DNA from: an uncultured virus (IMG/VR IMGVR_UViG_3300037423_001642) | Lineage: Duplodnaviria > Heunggongvirae > Uroviricota > Caudoviricetes | Length of the DNA: 20,000 bases | Reading direction: 5' to 3' (one strand) | Virus record (IMG/VR): IMGVR_UViG_3300037423_001642 | Location: 56,914 to 76,913 of that record | Made by a program: the position numbers and the translations under genes | The notes under the pieces: generated by a model | Told to the model about the DNA's origin: nothing | Database searches by the model: none | Seen by the model: only the letters and a program-made list of their open reading frames with translations | Shown here: one piece after another, positions 7,417-15,162 of the stretch | Layout: the number at the start of each line of letters is the position of its first letter | Numbering within the stretch: position 1 is the first letter of the stretch

Positions 7417-7727
7417 AGAAATTTTTCTTCTATCCAATTGGCGATGAATTGAAAATCTTTTCCGCCGTCATTCAATTGAATTATATCACCAAGATCATAG
7501 TGATTGAAACCATAGAATTCAAGGTCGCTTGCGAATTTCGTATTCGACAATTCTTTTCTTTTGATCATTCTTGCCAGACCAACGGCACAGTAGCAGTTTT
7601 GCTTTTCGTCTGGATCAAAGAATTCAAATATGCCAAAGGTTTGTTTGTATTTGCCCGAGCGCAGAGCGTTCACAAATTCCCTTTTGTGGCCTTTCCGTTC
7701 TTCATCTGTATATTGCTCTATTGACAT
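7413..7727 (-). CDS. Hypothetical early protein, 'ALRSGKYKQ...CxCAVG...LND' family
   Basis: FVNALRSGKYKQ...CYCAVGL...IIQLNDGGKDFQFIANWIE, resembling 1028-1489. Confidence 0.85.
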   Translation of the reverse strand: MSIEQYTDEERKGHKREFVNALRSGKYKQTFGIFEFFDPDEKQNCYCAVGLARMIKRKELSNTKFASDLEFYGFNHYDLGDIIQLNDGGKDFQFIANWIEEKFL

Positions 7728-7744
7728 GTATTTACAGCCTTATG

Positions 7745-8008
7745 TTACAGCCATATCACTGGCGTGTGCTGATTGTATTGCCCGAGCTTGCGCAAATGAT
7801 CAATTGCCGACAACGTGCAATTGGCCGTTCGCTTCTTACCATCAAAGGCAATGAAGGAAATTGGCGACAAAACACCATCCTTACAAAGCGCATCGATAGA
7901 GCCTTTGTGTTGGTCTTCAACCGCCGTTAGAATTCCTGATTTGGCACATTCAATCAGATATTGCGCCATGGTAGGTTTTTCGACATCGCCGCCGCTCATG
8001 TCATTCAT
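7745..8008 (-). CDS. Hypothetical protein
   Basis: 87-aa ORF in the gene run. Confidence 0.7.
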   Translation of the reverse strand: MNDMSGGDVEKPTMAQYLIECAKSGILTAVEDQHKGSIDALCKDGVLSPISFIAFDGKKRTANCTLSAIDHLRKLGQYNQHTPVIWL

Positions 8009-8012
8009 AAGT

Positions 8013-8423
8013 TCACTCTTTCTTGGTTAGAAGTTCCTTGGCCGCATCGCCCAATGAACCGGGCGAAATTTTTGTGATCACCGGTTCACGACCAGACGCA
8101 AAATTTTCCCGCACATTCGCCTGACATTTTTCGATCGTCGCCAAAACGTCCGGAGTGATGTTCAGATTGGTCGTATAATGGTTATTGAGTTTGGCCGATT
8201 CATCAACCGTAATCCTCGCATCGGACAAAGCGTTACAGGCTTGAATAGCCTGAACATAAGCCGGTGTGGTGAGACGGGATTGAGTGCATGAGGACAGATT
8301 GTAGAAACAGAATGCGCCGACGCAAGCGAGCGCCACATAAAAGCACATTTTGTTTAAAGGGATATCGTCCGGTCTGGTGGTCATTGGTGATTCCATTGGT
8401 TCAAATTTTCCCATATTCATCAC
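8013..8423 (-). CDS. Putative membrane-anchored protein or lipoprotein
   Basis: Hydrophobic FYVALACVGAFCFY followed by LSSC, plus two further Cys. Confidence 0.7.
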   Translation of the reverse strand: MMNMGKFEPMESPMTTRPDDIPLNKMCFYVALACVGAFCFYNLSSCTQSRLTTPAYVQAIQACNALSDARITVDESAKLNNHYTTNLNITPDVLATIEKCQANVRENFASGREPVITKISPGSLGDAAKELLTKKE

Positions 8424-8438
8424 ATTTTTAATTAATTG

Positions 8439-8993
8439 TCAAGATTGAATCGGAAGCGACTCGATAAAATATCGTTCGGCATCCTCTAGTTTTTCGAGTT
8501 TTGATTCCGGACCATAGAACATGTTCTCTTCCGAGTGTTCGGCCCCTTCTAGAAACCAATAGCCGACAATTGGCAAAGCATGTCGATCATCGATAATTTT
8601 CACAATCATATCAGGCAGACCAACAGCCTTTAGAGCTTCTTCAAATTTTGGCCTGTCGTTTCGATTTTCATTCCAAATTTTATTATACAAATCGATGTTG
8701 TCGCATTGAAGTTTGGTCATGACATGAGCGCAATAAACCGTGCAGCCTTTGATTTCCCGTTCGACTGTCTGCCACCAAACACCATTGACTTGATAGCGGA
8801 GCCGTTCCCACTCCCCGATTTCCTCATTCAGAGAATCACACCATATCCAAAAACAGCGTTTGCCATCTATGGTGCATTCACCAAAGTATGGTTGGCCATC
8901 CCAACGGAACCACGTTTTTAGTTCCGTAGGTTTTTCGATTTGTGGTTGGAAATCTGCCCGTGTTTGTTCTGATAGCTTAATAATTCCACACAC
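8439..8993 (-). CDS. Hypothetical Trp-rich protein
   Basis: 184-aa ORF, GGAG upstream of the GTG start. Confidence 0.8.
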   Translation of the reverse strand: MCGIIKLSEQTRADFQPQIEKPTELKTWFRWDGQPYFGECTIDGKRCFWIWCDSLNEEIGEWERLRYQVNGVWWQTVEREIKGCTVYCAHVMTKLQCDNIDLYNKIWNENRNDRPKFEEALKAVGLPDMIVKIIDDRHALPIVGYWFLEGAEHSEENMFYGPESKLEKLEDAERYFIESLPIQS

Positions 8994-8996
8994 GGT

Positions 8997-9320
8997 TCAT
9001 TTCTCCATTTTCTCAATCAAATCGGGATGTTTGGCAATGAATGCTTTGCATTCTTCGACATGGGCCGCAATTGCCTTTCGAACATCATCGACAATCGCTC
9101 TTGTATAGCCCATGTCGAGACAAAAAAAGATCGCTGAACCAAAGTGCCCGTTATACTCGATTTGAGACACCATCGGCAATCTGGCGAGCTTTTGTTCAAG
9201 CTCTTCCGGGCGATCTTCCTTGTGCAGTGAGCTAATGCTTTCCGTGTGATGAATCGCTAGGAAATCATCCAACGGTATTTCGAGCGAACATTTGTACTGG
9301 TATATTTCAAGAGGATACAT
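8997..9320 (-). CDS. Hypothetical protein
   Basis: The ORF extends to 9353. The ATG at 9320 follows GAAGGG and reduces the overlap. Confidence 0.75.
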   Translation of the reverse strand: MYPLEIYQYKCSLEIPLDDFLAIHHTESISSLHKEDRPEELEQKLARLPMVSQIEYNGHFGSAIFFCLDMGYTRAIVDDVRKAIAAHVEECKAFIAKHPDLIEKMEK

Positions 9321-9555
9321 ATTCGCCCTTCTCTTGAAATTGCAGAACGCCATAAAGTTCAGTCAGCCGACCGCATTCGAAATCCCACACATAATGATTT
9401 TCAGCGATCTTTTGCGCTTGTGGCATATCTTCCATTGAAAGTCCGGCTTCAACCAAATCGAAGCCGAATTGTAGATTGGAGTGAAAGCCGGAATTGTTCC
9501 GGATTTTCACGAATTTCCGAAGCTTTTTGATCATTTCGTCATGCGCTTTTGTCAT
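9307..9555 (-). CDS. Hypothetical protein
   Basis: 82-aa ORF in the gene run. Confidence 0.7.
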   Translation of the reverse strand: MTKAHDEMIKKLRKFVKIRNNSGFHSNLQFGFDLVEAGLSMEDMPQAQKIAENHYVWDFECGRLTELYGVLQFQEKGEYVSS

Positions 9556-9715
9556 GGTCCAATTTCCCCTTAACGATGGCAGCGCATTTCGGATGGTAAT
9601 ATTCTCGAAATGGCTTGCCGTTTTTCACCATGCGAAAACAAACCGTGCCTTTTGGCTTCCCGCAATGCGCACAGACACGTGCGAAAAATTTTTGTGTTGA
9701 GGGAGCTTCCGACAT
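9539..9715 (-). CDS. Small zinc-finger protein (CxxC...HxxC), first gene of the early block
   Basis: CAHC...HPKC. The ATG at 9715 follows AAGGA; the ATG at 9739 lies inside the -10 box. Confidence 0.75.
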   Translation of the reverse strand: MSEAPSTQKFFARVCAHCGKPKGTVCFRMVKNGKPFREYYHPKCAAIVKGKLDHDKSA

Positions 9716-9734
9716 GATTCGAGTCCTTTTCCCG

Positions 9735-9765
9735 ATCATATAATGAGAATGTAGAGAAAGTCAAG
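9735..9765 (-). promoter_or_regulatory. Putative sigma70-type early promoter
   Basis: Minus strand cTTGACTttctctacattctcatTATATGAT at the head of the divergent early block. Confidence 0.7.
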
Positions 9766-9788
9766 ATCGTTGGGCTTCGATATTGGCA

Positions 9789-9796
9789 TATAAATA
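9789..9796 (+). promoter_or_regulatory. T4-type late promoter (gp55 sigma)
   Basis: Exact TATAAATA ending 30 nt before the first structural gene. Confidence 0.9.
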
Positions 9797-9826
9797 GATT
9801 CACATCAACCGAGAATCTATCCGAAA

Positions 9827-10378
9827 ATGCCATTTAATATCAACGATTTCCTTGCGAACCTGAACAAAGGCGGCGTTGCCAAATCAGCCAATTATGAGGT
9901 TATGATTCAGCGCCCGTTCGGCAACACATCCGGACAAGAGCGTGACATGATGTTTCGTGTCTCGAATTGCACAACGCCGGGCCGTCGTATCGAGACAACA
10001 GATATCCAAGATTATTCCATGGAGCGCTTTGTTGGGTACAAAACTTCGTTTGAAGATGTATCCATGCGCATCCTGCTTTCGGAAGATTTGAGAGAAAAGG
10101 AATATTTCGAAGAATGGTTAGACGCAATCGGTGGAAACTATCGTCTAGACCAGTTGAATTCCCAAATGTTTGATATCGGTTTCTATGACGACTACGCTCT
10201 AAATACAGTTGTCCAAATTACACAATTCGACGCCACAGGCGAACCAACCCATCTCCATATATTAAAAGAAGCTTACCCAATATCTGTAGGATCATTGGAT
10301 GGTTCATGGGACGCCGACGAAATAATGTATTTGGACGTTATTTGGAAATACAGATTCTATACTTCCCTTATTCTATAA
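9827..10378 (+). CDS. 54: Tail-tube-family protein (gp54-like tube initiator, gp19 fold)
   Basis: INDFLANL.KGG.AK..YEV, PGR, YFEEWLD, FYDDY, LKEAYPISVG..DGSWD motifs typical of T4-like tube-fold proteins. Confidence 0.8.
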   Translation: MPFNINDFLANLNKGGVAKSANYEVMIQRPFGNTSGQERDMMFRVSNCTTPGRRIETTDIQDYSMERFVGYKTSFEDVSMRILLSEDLREKEYFEEWLDAIGGNYRLDQLNSQMFDIGFYDDYALNTVVQITQFDATGEPTHLHILKEAYPISVGSLDGSWDADEIMYLDVIWKYRFYTSLIL

Positions 10379-10394
10379 CCCTAGAGGATAAATT

Positions 10395-11105
10395 TTGACA
10401 CTACCTACAATTGCTGTCGCTACTTACACGACAAATTTGATCAGTGACAACAGAAAAATTGAATTCAGACCATTTCTTGCCAAAGAACAAAAAGCTTTGC
10501 TTATGGCCATTGAAGGCAACGATATTAAAGAAATTGTTCACTCTGTCATGAACGTTTTGAAGGCTTGCATACTCACTCCCGGCATTGACGTTTTCAAGCT
10601 TCCTTCATTCGATATTCAACATTTGTTCTTGGAATTGCGCAAGCGTTCCGTTGACGAAGTGATAGAGCTAAAAATGCATCACCCAGAAAGTGATCATTCC
10701 GAATGCCAACATGCACAAAAACTGACATTGAACCTCAATTCTGTGACAGTGGAACGTGATCCGACACATACGAAAAAGATCAAGATCAATGACGACATTG
10801 GTGTTGTCATGAGATATCCAAACTCGAATATGTTCGAAAAGTATTCAGGCGGAACAGTGCAAAATGTGTTCGGCCTAATTTCAGAATGTGTGGAATCCGT
10901 ATTCGACAAAGAAAATGTGTATTCGGATTTTACTTTACCACAAATTTCGCAATGGCTTGAACAGCTTACACCCGAGCAGTTGCAAGTGATTACAAACTTC
11001 TTCCATACCATGCCTTCATTACATTTCGATATCAAATACAAATGCAGTGGATGTGGTCAAAATGTAGAACATCGTTTGGAGGGACTATCTGATTTTTTTA
11101 TCTAG
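10395..11105 (+). CDS. 26: Baseplate hub assembly protein, T4 gp26-like
   Basis: TLP, FRPFLAKEQKALLMA, FDIQHLFLELRKRSVDE, VVMRYP, FFHTMP, C-terminal CSGC...LEGLSDFF. TTG start after AGAGGA. Confidence 0.9.
   Translation: MTLPTIAVATYTTNLISDNRKIEFRPFLAKEQKALLMAIEGNDIKEIVHSVMNVLKACILTPGIDVFKLPSFDIQHLFLELRKRSVDEVIELKMHHPESDHSECQHAQKLTLNLNSVTVERDPTHTKKIKINDDIGVVMRYPNSNMFEKYSGGTVQNVFGLISECVESVFDKENVYSDFTLPQISQWLEQLTPEQLQVITNFFHTMPSLHFDIKYKCSGCGQNVEHRLEGLSDFFI
11093..11099 (+). promoter_or_regulatory. Candidate -1 ribosomal frameshift heptamer T-TTT-TTT joining gp26 to gp51
   Basis: GAT TTT TTT ATC TAG in frame 0. The -1 frame reads TGA TTT TTT TAT CTA GGG ATG into gp51. Confidence 0.6.
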
Positions 11106-11107
11106 GG

Positions 11108-11269
11108 ATGTGTCATGATAGCCTAGAAAATCATTATATGCAGAACTTCTATCTCATGTTCGACTACAACCAAAACATGGAATATTGGGACGATATGATA
11201 CCTTTCGAGCGTGAAATATACATGACCATCCTAGCACAACGCATTGAAGAGAGAGCGCATGACAGATAA
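11108..11269 (+). CDS. 51: Baseplate hub assembly catalyst, gp51-like (53 aa)
   Basis: Translated by hand: MCHDSLENHYMQNFYLMFDYNQNMEYWDDMIPFEREIYMTILAQRIEERAHDR. The MIP(F/W)EREIY motif is characteristic. Confidence 0.85.
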   Translation: MCHDSLENHYMQNFYLMFDYNQNMEYWDDMIPFEREIYMTILAQRIEERAHDR

Positions 11270-13160
11270 CAACAACGGAACAGCACAAACACCATCACAA
11301 GGCAAGGTAGAGCTTCCAAAGCCCCCAAAACAAGACATTTGGGGGCGTGATCTTCCTTTGCCAAACGTCAACCAAAAGCAGGATGACGAAAAGCGTGATA
11401 AGCTGATTGTGAATTCCATTGAAAAGGTCGTTGCCGAAAATTCCGAAATTTTCTCGGATATCGTTAAGCAGTTCAAGACATATACCGACTCCATTCGTTC
11501 ATCGAACCAAAATTTTCTATTGAAGCAAGGCCGTGTCATGCTTGCGGAAATGCGCAAGTCGTTTCTGGAAACCATGGCCGATGAAGCTGGCAAGTCCGGA
11601 GATGAAGCCAAGGCCGGAACCGTCAATTACACCTTGCGAGTTGTGACCAACAATCTGGACCGACTTATCAAAGAACAGGAAGAAGCCAACAAGGCAGTCC
11701 GTGATAGATTAGACAAAGCTAATAAAACCGCTTCCGACAATTTACAGACGGTTCAAGCCGATTCGAAGGAAAACGAGAAAGATCGTAAGGCCCGTGCGAA
11801 CGCAGAGAAAAAGGCTGAAATCGCCCGCAAAAGGAAGGATGCCGAAGATCGAGAAAATGAGAAAGAAGGAAAACTTCTAAAGGGTATCAAAAAATTTATT
11901 TTTGGCCAGACCGCAGCCGAACGCCGGGAAGAAGCCAAGAACAAGCCTAAGCGTTCTGGTGGCCTACTCGACTCCATGGGGTTGGATTTCTCGTTTAGCG
12001 GGATTCTTTCTATGATAACCAAAATTGGGCTTGGTGCAGCCGGTCTATTTGCTGTTCTAGGGACTAAGGGCACAGAAGAATTATTCACTAAACTTGCGCC
12101 TGTTTTTGGTACAATTATCAAAGATATTACCGAACAAATCATTGAACCAATGATTCAAACGATCTTTTCGGCTGTTAAGAACATGATTTCGGACAGTATC
12201 GCTAATTCCCTTGGCGTGTCTAATGGTCCGGCAACCGGTAGCGAACCGCCGCCAATCGCCGGGACACACGATGTTAAACGTGGTCCAGAGGATGCTCAAT
12301 GGTTAGCTGACCATCCGGCAGCTATAGCTACACGTGGCATAGGTCGAGGCATGGAGCATTTATACGATTTTGGTAATCTAATGTATGATCGTTGGATGAA
12401 GATGAACGATATTAAACACGGTTTCATCGCTCAGCCACAAGAACCCGTGATCTTGAATTCCAATGAATATGACATGCAACAGCAAGCGGAAAATGGCGCT
12501 GGCGCTCTTGCCGCTGGTGAACGCAAGGCACGTTCATTGGACGAAGCACCTTTGCCATATTTGAAGCCAGAAATCGACAAAAATCCATTGTCGAAAGCCG
12601 ATATGCTGACTGCGAAAATGGCACAGGAAGATGAAGCCAAAGCAAGAGCATCACGCATCTATGATGCGCAGAATGCCAAGCTTGCCCGTGAAGACGCATT
12701 GCCACAATCTTTCAAGGATTCCGTGAACAATTTCTTTGGCACAGTCGCAAAGAAACTGGACGATGAACGCAAAAAGGAAAAGGCCGATATTGCCGACAAG
12801 AAATCGCAACTCGGAAATGCCTTTGGTTCATGGGCCGATAGCCTCGAAAGTACGATGCACGACACGTTTAAGAGCTTCTATGATGCCGTCTCGGGCGGTG
12901 CACAAAAGAATGCTTTCCAGTCGATGTTAGACTCGATGGACTCGTTGAAACACAATGATTTCAGCGACATGGTTGATTCAATGGATAAATACAAAGCTAC
13001 AACTAACAAGATGAAGGCGGCTTCACAAATGAAACAAGCGCCAACACCTATTATAGTTCAAGCACCAAGTACAGTCAATCAGTCAACAACCGTATCGAAT
13101 GGAACGACAATCAATTCTTCTGTTTCTGTAGGAAACAATAGAAAGTTCCTTGGAAGATAA
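11259..13160 (+). CDS. Probable tail tape-measure / baseplate hub protein (gp29-like)
   Basis: About 633 aa, helical and coiled-coil, with a central hydrophobic segment and a PIIVQAP..VNQSTTV C-terminal tail. Lies directly after gp26/gp51. Alternative TTG start at 11244. Confidence 0.7.
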   Translation: MTDNNNGTAQTPSQGKVELPKPPKQDIWGRDLPLPNVNQKQDDEKRDKLIVNSIEKVVAENSEIFSDIVKQFKTYTDSIRSSNQNFLLKQGRVMLAEMRKSFLETMADEAGKSGDEAKAGTVNYTLRVVTNNLDRLIKEQEEANKAVRDRLDKANKTASDNLQTVQADSKENEKDRKARANAEKKAEIARKRKDAEDRENEKEGKLLKGIKKFIFGQTAAERREEAKNKPKRSGGLLDSMGLDFSFSGILSMITKIGLGAAGLFAVLGTKGTEELFTKLAPVFGTIIKDITEQIIEPMIQTIFSAVKNMISDSIANSLGVSNGPATGSEPPPIAGTHDVKRGPEDAQWLADHPAAIATRGIGRGMEHLYDFGNLMYDRWMKMNDIKHGFIAQPQEPVILNSNEYDMQQQAENGAGALAAGERKARSLDEAPLPYLKPEIDKNPLSKADMLTAKMAQEDEAKARASRIYDAQNAKLAREDALPQSFKDSVNNFFGTVAKKLDDERKKEKADIADKKSQLGNAFGSWADSLESTMHDTFKSFYDAVSGGAQKNAFQSMLDSMDSLKHNDFSDMVDSMDKYKATTNKMKAASQMKQAPTPIIVQAPSTVNQSTTVSNGTTINSSVSVGNNRKFLGR

Positions 13161-13769
13161 ATGCAATATTGTACATATTTGACTCTGTATAGAGGAAATA
13201 AGTTACCTCCATTTTATATTGGATATACCTCAATCGCAAAGATAGAACGTGGCTATAGAGGAACAGTTACATCGAAGCAGTACAAATTAATATGGAAACA
13301 AGAGCTTAGAGATAATCCAAATCTATTTAAAACAGTGATTATCTCTAATCATGATTCAAAAGAACAAGCTAAGCAACGTGAAACAGAACTTCAAAGTTAC
13401 TTTTCTGTTCACACTAACCCAATGTACATCAATAAAATAATAAGTGGAGCATTACTATTTGCTCCCGGTCATTCAGAAGCTACTAAACAAAAAATCCGAT
13501 TAACAAAATTGGGTTCTAAAAATCCATTCTATGGGAAGACACATTCAGAAAAAGTTAGAAGTAATATTTCCAATAGTGCCAAAAATAAATCAGATAAACA
13601 TAGAACAAAATTATCGGCCAAAATCAAGCTTTTGAACGCAAATAAACGCAAATCCATAACGGATGGATACACAACTTTTGACAGTGTAAATGAATGCGCT
13701 AAATATTACAACATACATAGAAGGTCTGTTCTTAGAAAAGTACACGCCGGGCAATTTAGGTATCTGTAA
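13161..13769 (+). mobile_element. Free-standing GIY-YIG (Seg-like) homing endonuclease with NUMOD3 repeats and C-terminal HTH
   Basis: CTYLTLY...FYIG, GYRG, catalytic-type E (QRE), YINK, HSEATKQKI...NPFYGKTHSE, FDSVNECAKYYNI. AT-richer than its flanks. Confidence 0.88.
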
Positions 13770-14488
13770 TGCCATCATATACAATTCAAAAAATTCTTGA
13801 AGATGCCGCCAAAAAGAACCAAATCTTTCAAAAAAATGAGGAATCCCATAAGTGGTTTTACGAAAGAAGTAGAAGAACACTAACCAGTTCTTCTAAGCTC
13901 ATTCGTGAATACTCTCAATCAGATTTGAGAACCACAACACAACTTCAAATTGGTTGTCTTTATTTCTTCTTTTATGACCCTAAGTGGAAAGACGAGCTAC
14001 CATATTATGATCGCTTTCCATGCGTGTTTCTGACTGATGTTTGGAAGGATGCAGGCGGGCGCACACAGGTTGCCGGATTGAACCTCCACTATCTTCCCTA
14101 CAAACAGCGAGCATTGCTGATGGATGCATTGTTGGACCTAGAAAACAATGCCACGCTCACGAAAGATAAGAAGCTCAAAATTTCGTATGGCATTTTGAAG
14201 AAAGCGGCAGCTTCGAAGTGGTTTCGGCCAACATACAAGCGCTATCTCAAATCACATGTCCGCTCACGTCTTGTCAAAGTTCCTTATGAGGAATGGACAG
14301 TAGCGGCATTCCTACCAGTTCAAGAATTCGAAAAGGCCACGACACGTGATGTTTGGGCCGATTCCGTTCGCCGGATTCAAGGCAAACCAAGAAAGGCTAA
14401 ACCACGTTCAGGCAATACCAGTTCCGTTAAGCCAGCTTCGGTGCCATCAGTGAAACCAAGACGAAATAGAAATACACCAACGAAATGA
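13769..14488 (+). CDS. 2: DNA end protector protein, T4 gp2-like
   Basis: GCLYFFFYDPKWKDELPYYDRFP, GLNLHYLP, KRYLKSHVRSR, FLPVQEFEKA...VWADS. Confidence 0.95.
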   Translation: MPSYTIQKILEDAAKKNQIFQKNEESHKWFYERSRRTLTSSSKLIREYSQSDLRTTTQLQIGCLYFFFYDPKWKDELPYYDRFPCVFLTDVWKDAGGRTQVAGLNLHYLPYKQRALLMDALLDLENNATLTKDKKLKISYGILKKAAASKWFRPTYKRYLKSHVRSRLVKVPYEEWTVAAFLPVQEFEKATTRDVWADSVRRIQGKPRKAKPRSGNTSSVKPASVPSVKPRRNRNTPTK

Positions 14489-15162
14489 AAGGTTTCTTTA
14501 TCACCAACATAGAGAATTCAGCTTCTTACCAGATTGGGAAAGCAAATGTTGCCAGAGCTAACGACTTTGGCAACTTGAAAGCTGAAATATTTGAAGGTGT
14601 TAAAGGGAGCGAAGCCTATCCTATTTTCGAAAAAGAGAAAATAAAATTTCTCGATATCAAGTACCAATCAGAGCTTTTCAAAGAACGCAACAAAGAGAAA
14701 AAATACGATGAACAACCCGGTCAGGCTGGTTGTTTCGCTTCTCACTATTTGTTGTGGAAAAAATGCATAGACTTAAACGAGACTATTGGTATTTTCGAAT
14801 ATGACGCCAAACAAACAAGAACTTTGCCAAAGAATATAGATTTTGAATCGATATTACACCTTGGCGGTTGGCATCCCATCAAAGATCAAGATGATGCAAC
14901 TCTTATAAATGGAACAAGAGGATTGCACGAATACTTGGGTTACAATCGTTGGGGTTTCAAAAATGTAATGATTGGATTGTATGCTTATCTATTGAAGCCG
15001 AATGCAGCAAAGATATTGGTAAAAACAGCAAAAACAAAGGGTTGGTTTCCGGCTGATAGATTTATGTCAACAGACATAATTCAAATGAAAAAGCAAACAT
15101 ATAGTCCATTTCTATTTACAGCCGTTCCAATAATGAGTTTAACAGGTAACTATAATGTATAA
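14485..15162 (+). CDS. Glycosyltransferase family 25-like
   Basis: GQAGCFASHYLLWKKCIDLNETIGIFEYDA, YAYLLKPNAAKILV, PAD. Confidence 0.85.
   Translation: MKGFFITNIENSASYQIGKANVARANDFGNLKAEIFEGVKGSEAYPIFEKEKIKFLDIKYQSELFKERNKEKKYDEQPGQAGCFASHYLLWKKCIDLNETIGIFEYDAKQTRTLPKNIDFESILHLGGWHPIKDQDDATLINGTRGLHEYLGYNRWGFKNVMIGLYAYLLKPNAAKILVKTAKTKGWFPADRFMSTDIIQMKKQTYSPFLFTAVPIMSLTGNYNV

Noticed and set aside
355..9700. Plus-strand ORFs in the early block (e.g. 476-832, 2421-2801, 6747-7205, 7571-7930)
   Set aside because: Antisense shadows of a tightly coupled minus-strand gene run, with no recognisable motifs.
12984..12991. GATAAATA as an internal late promoter for the endonuclease
   Set aside because: One mismatch, inside AT-rich coding sequence; not distinguishable from chance.
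13161..13769. Group I intron or intein around the endonuclease
   Set aside because: The flanking genes are complete and there is no non-coding space for intron RNA.
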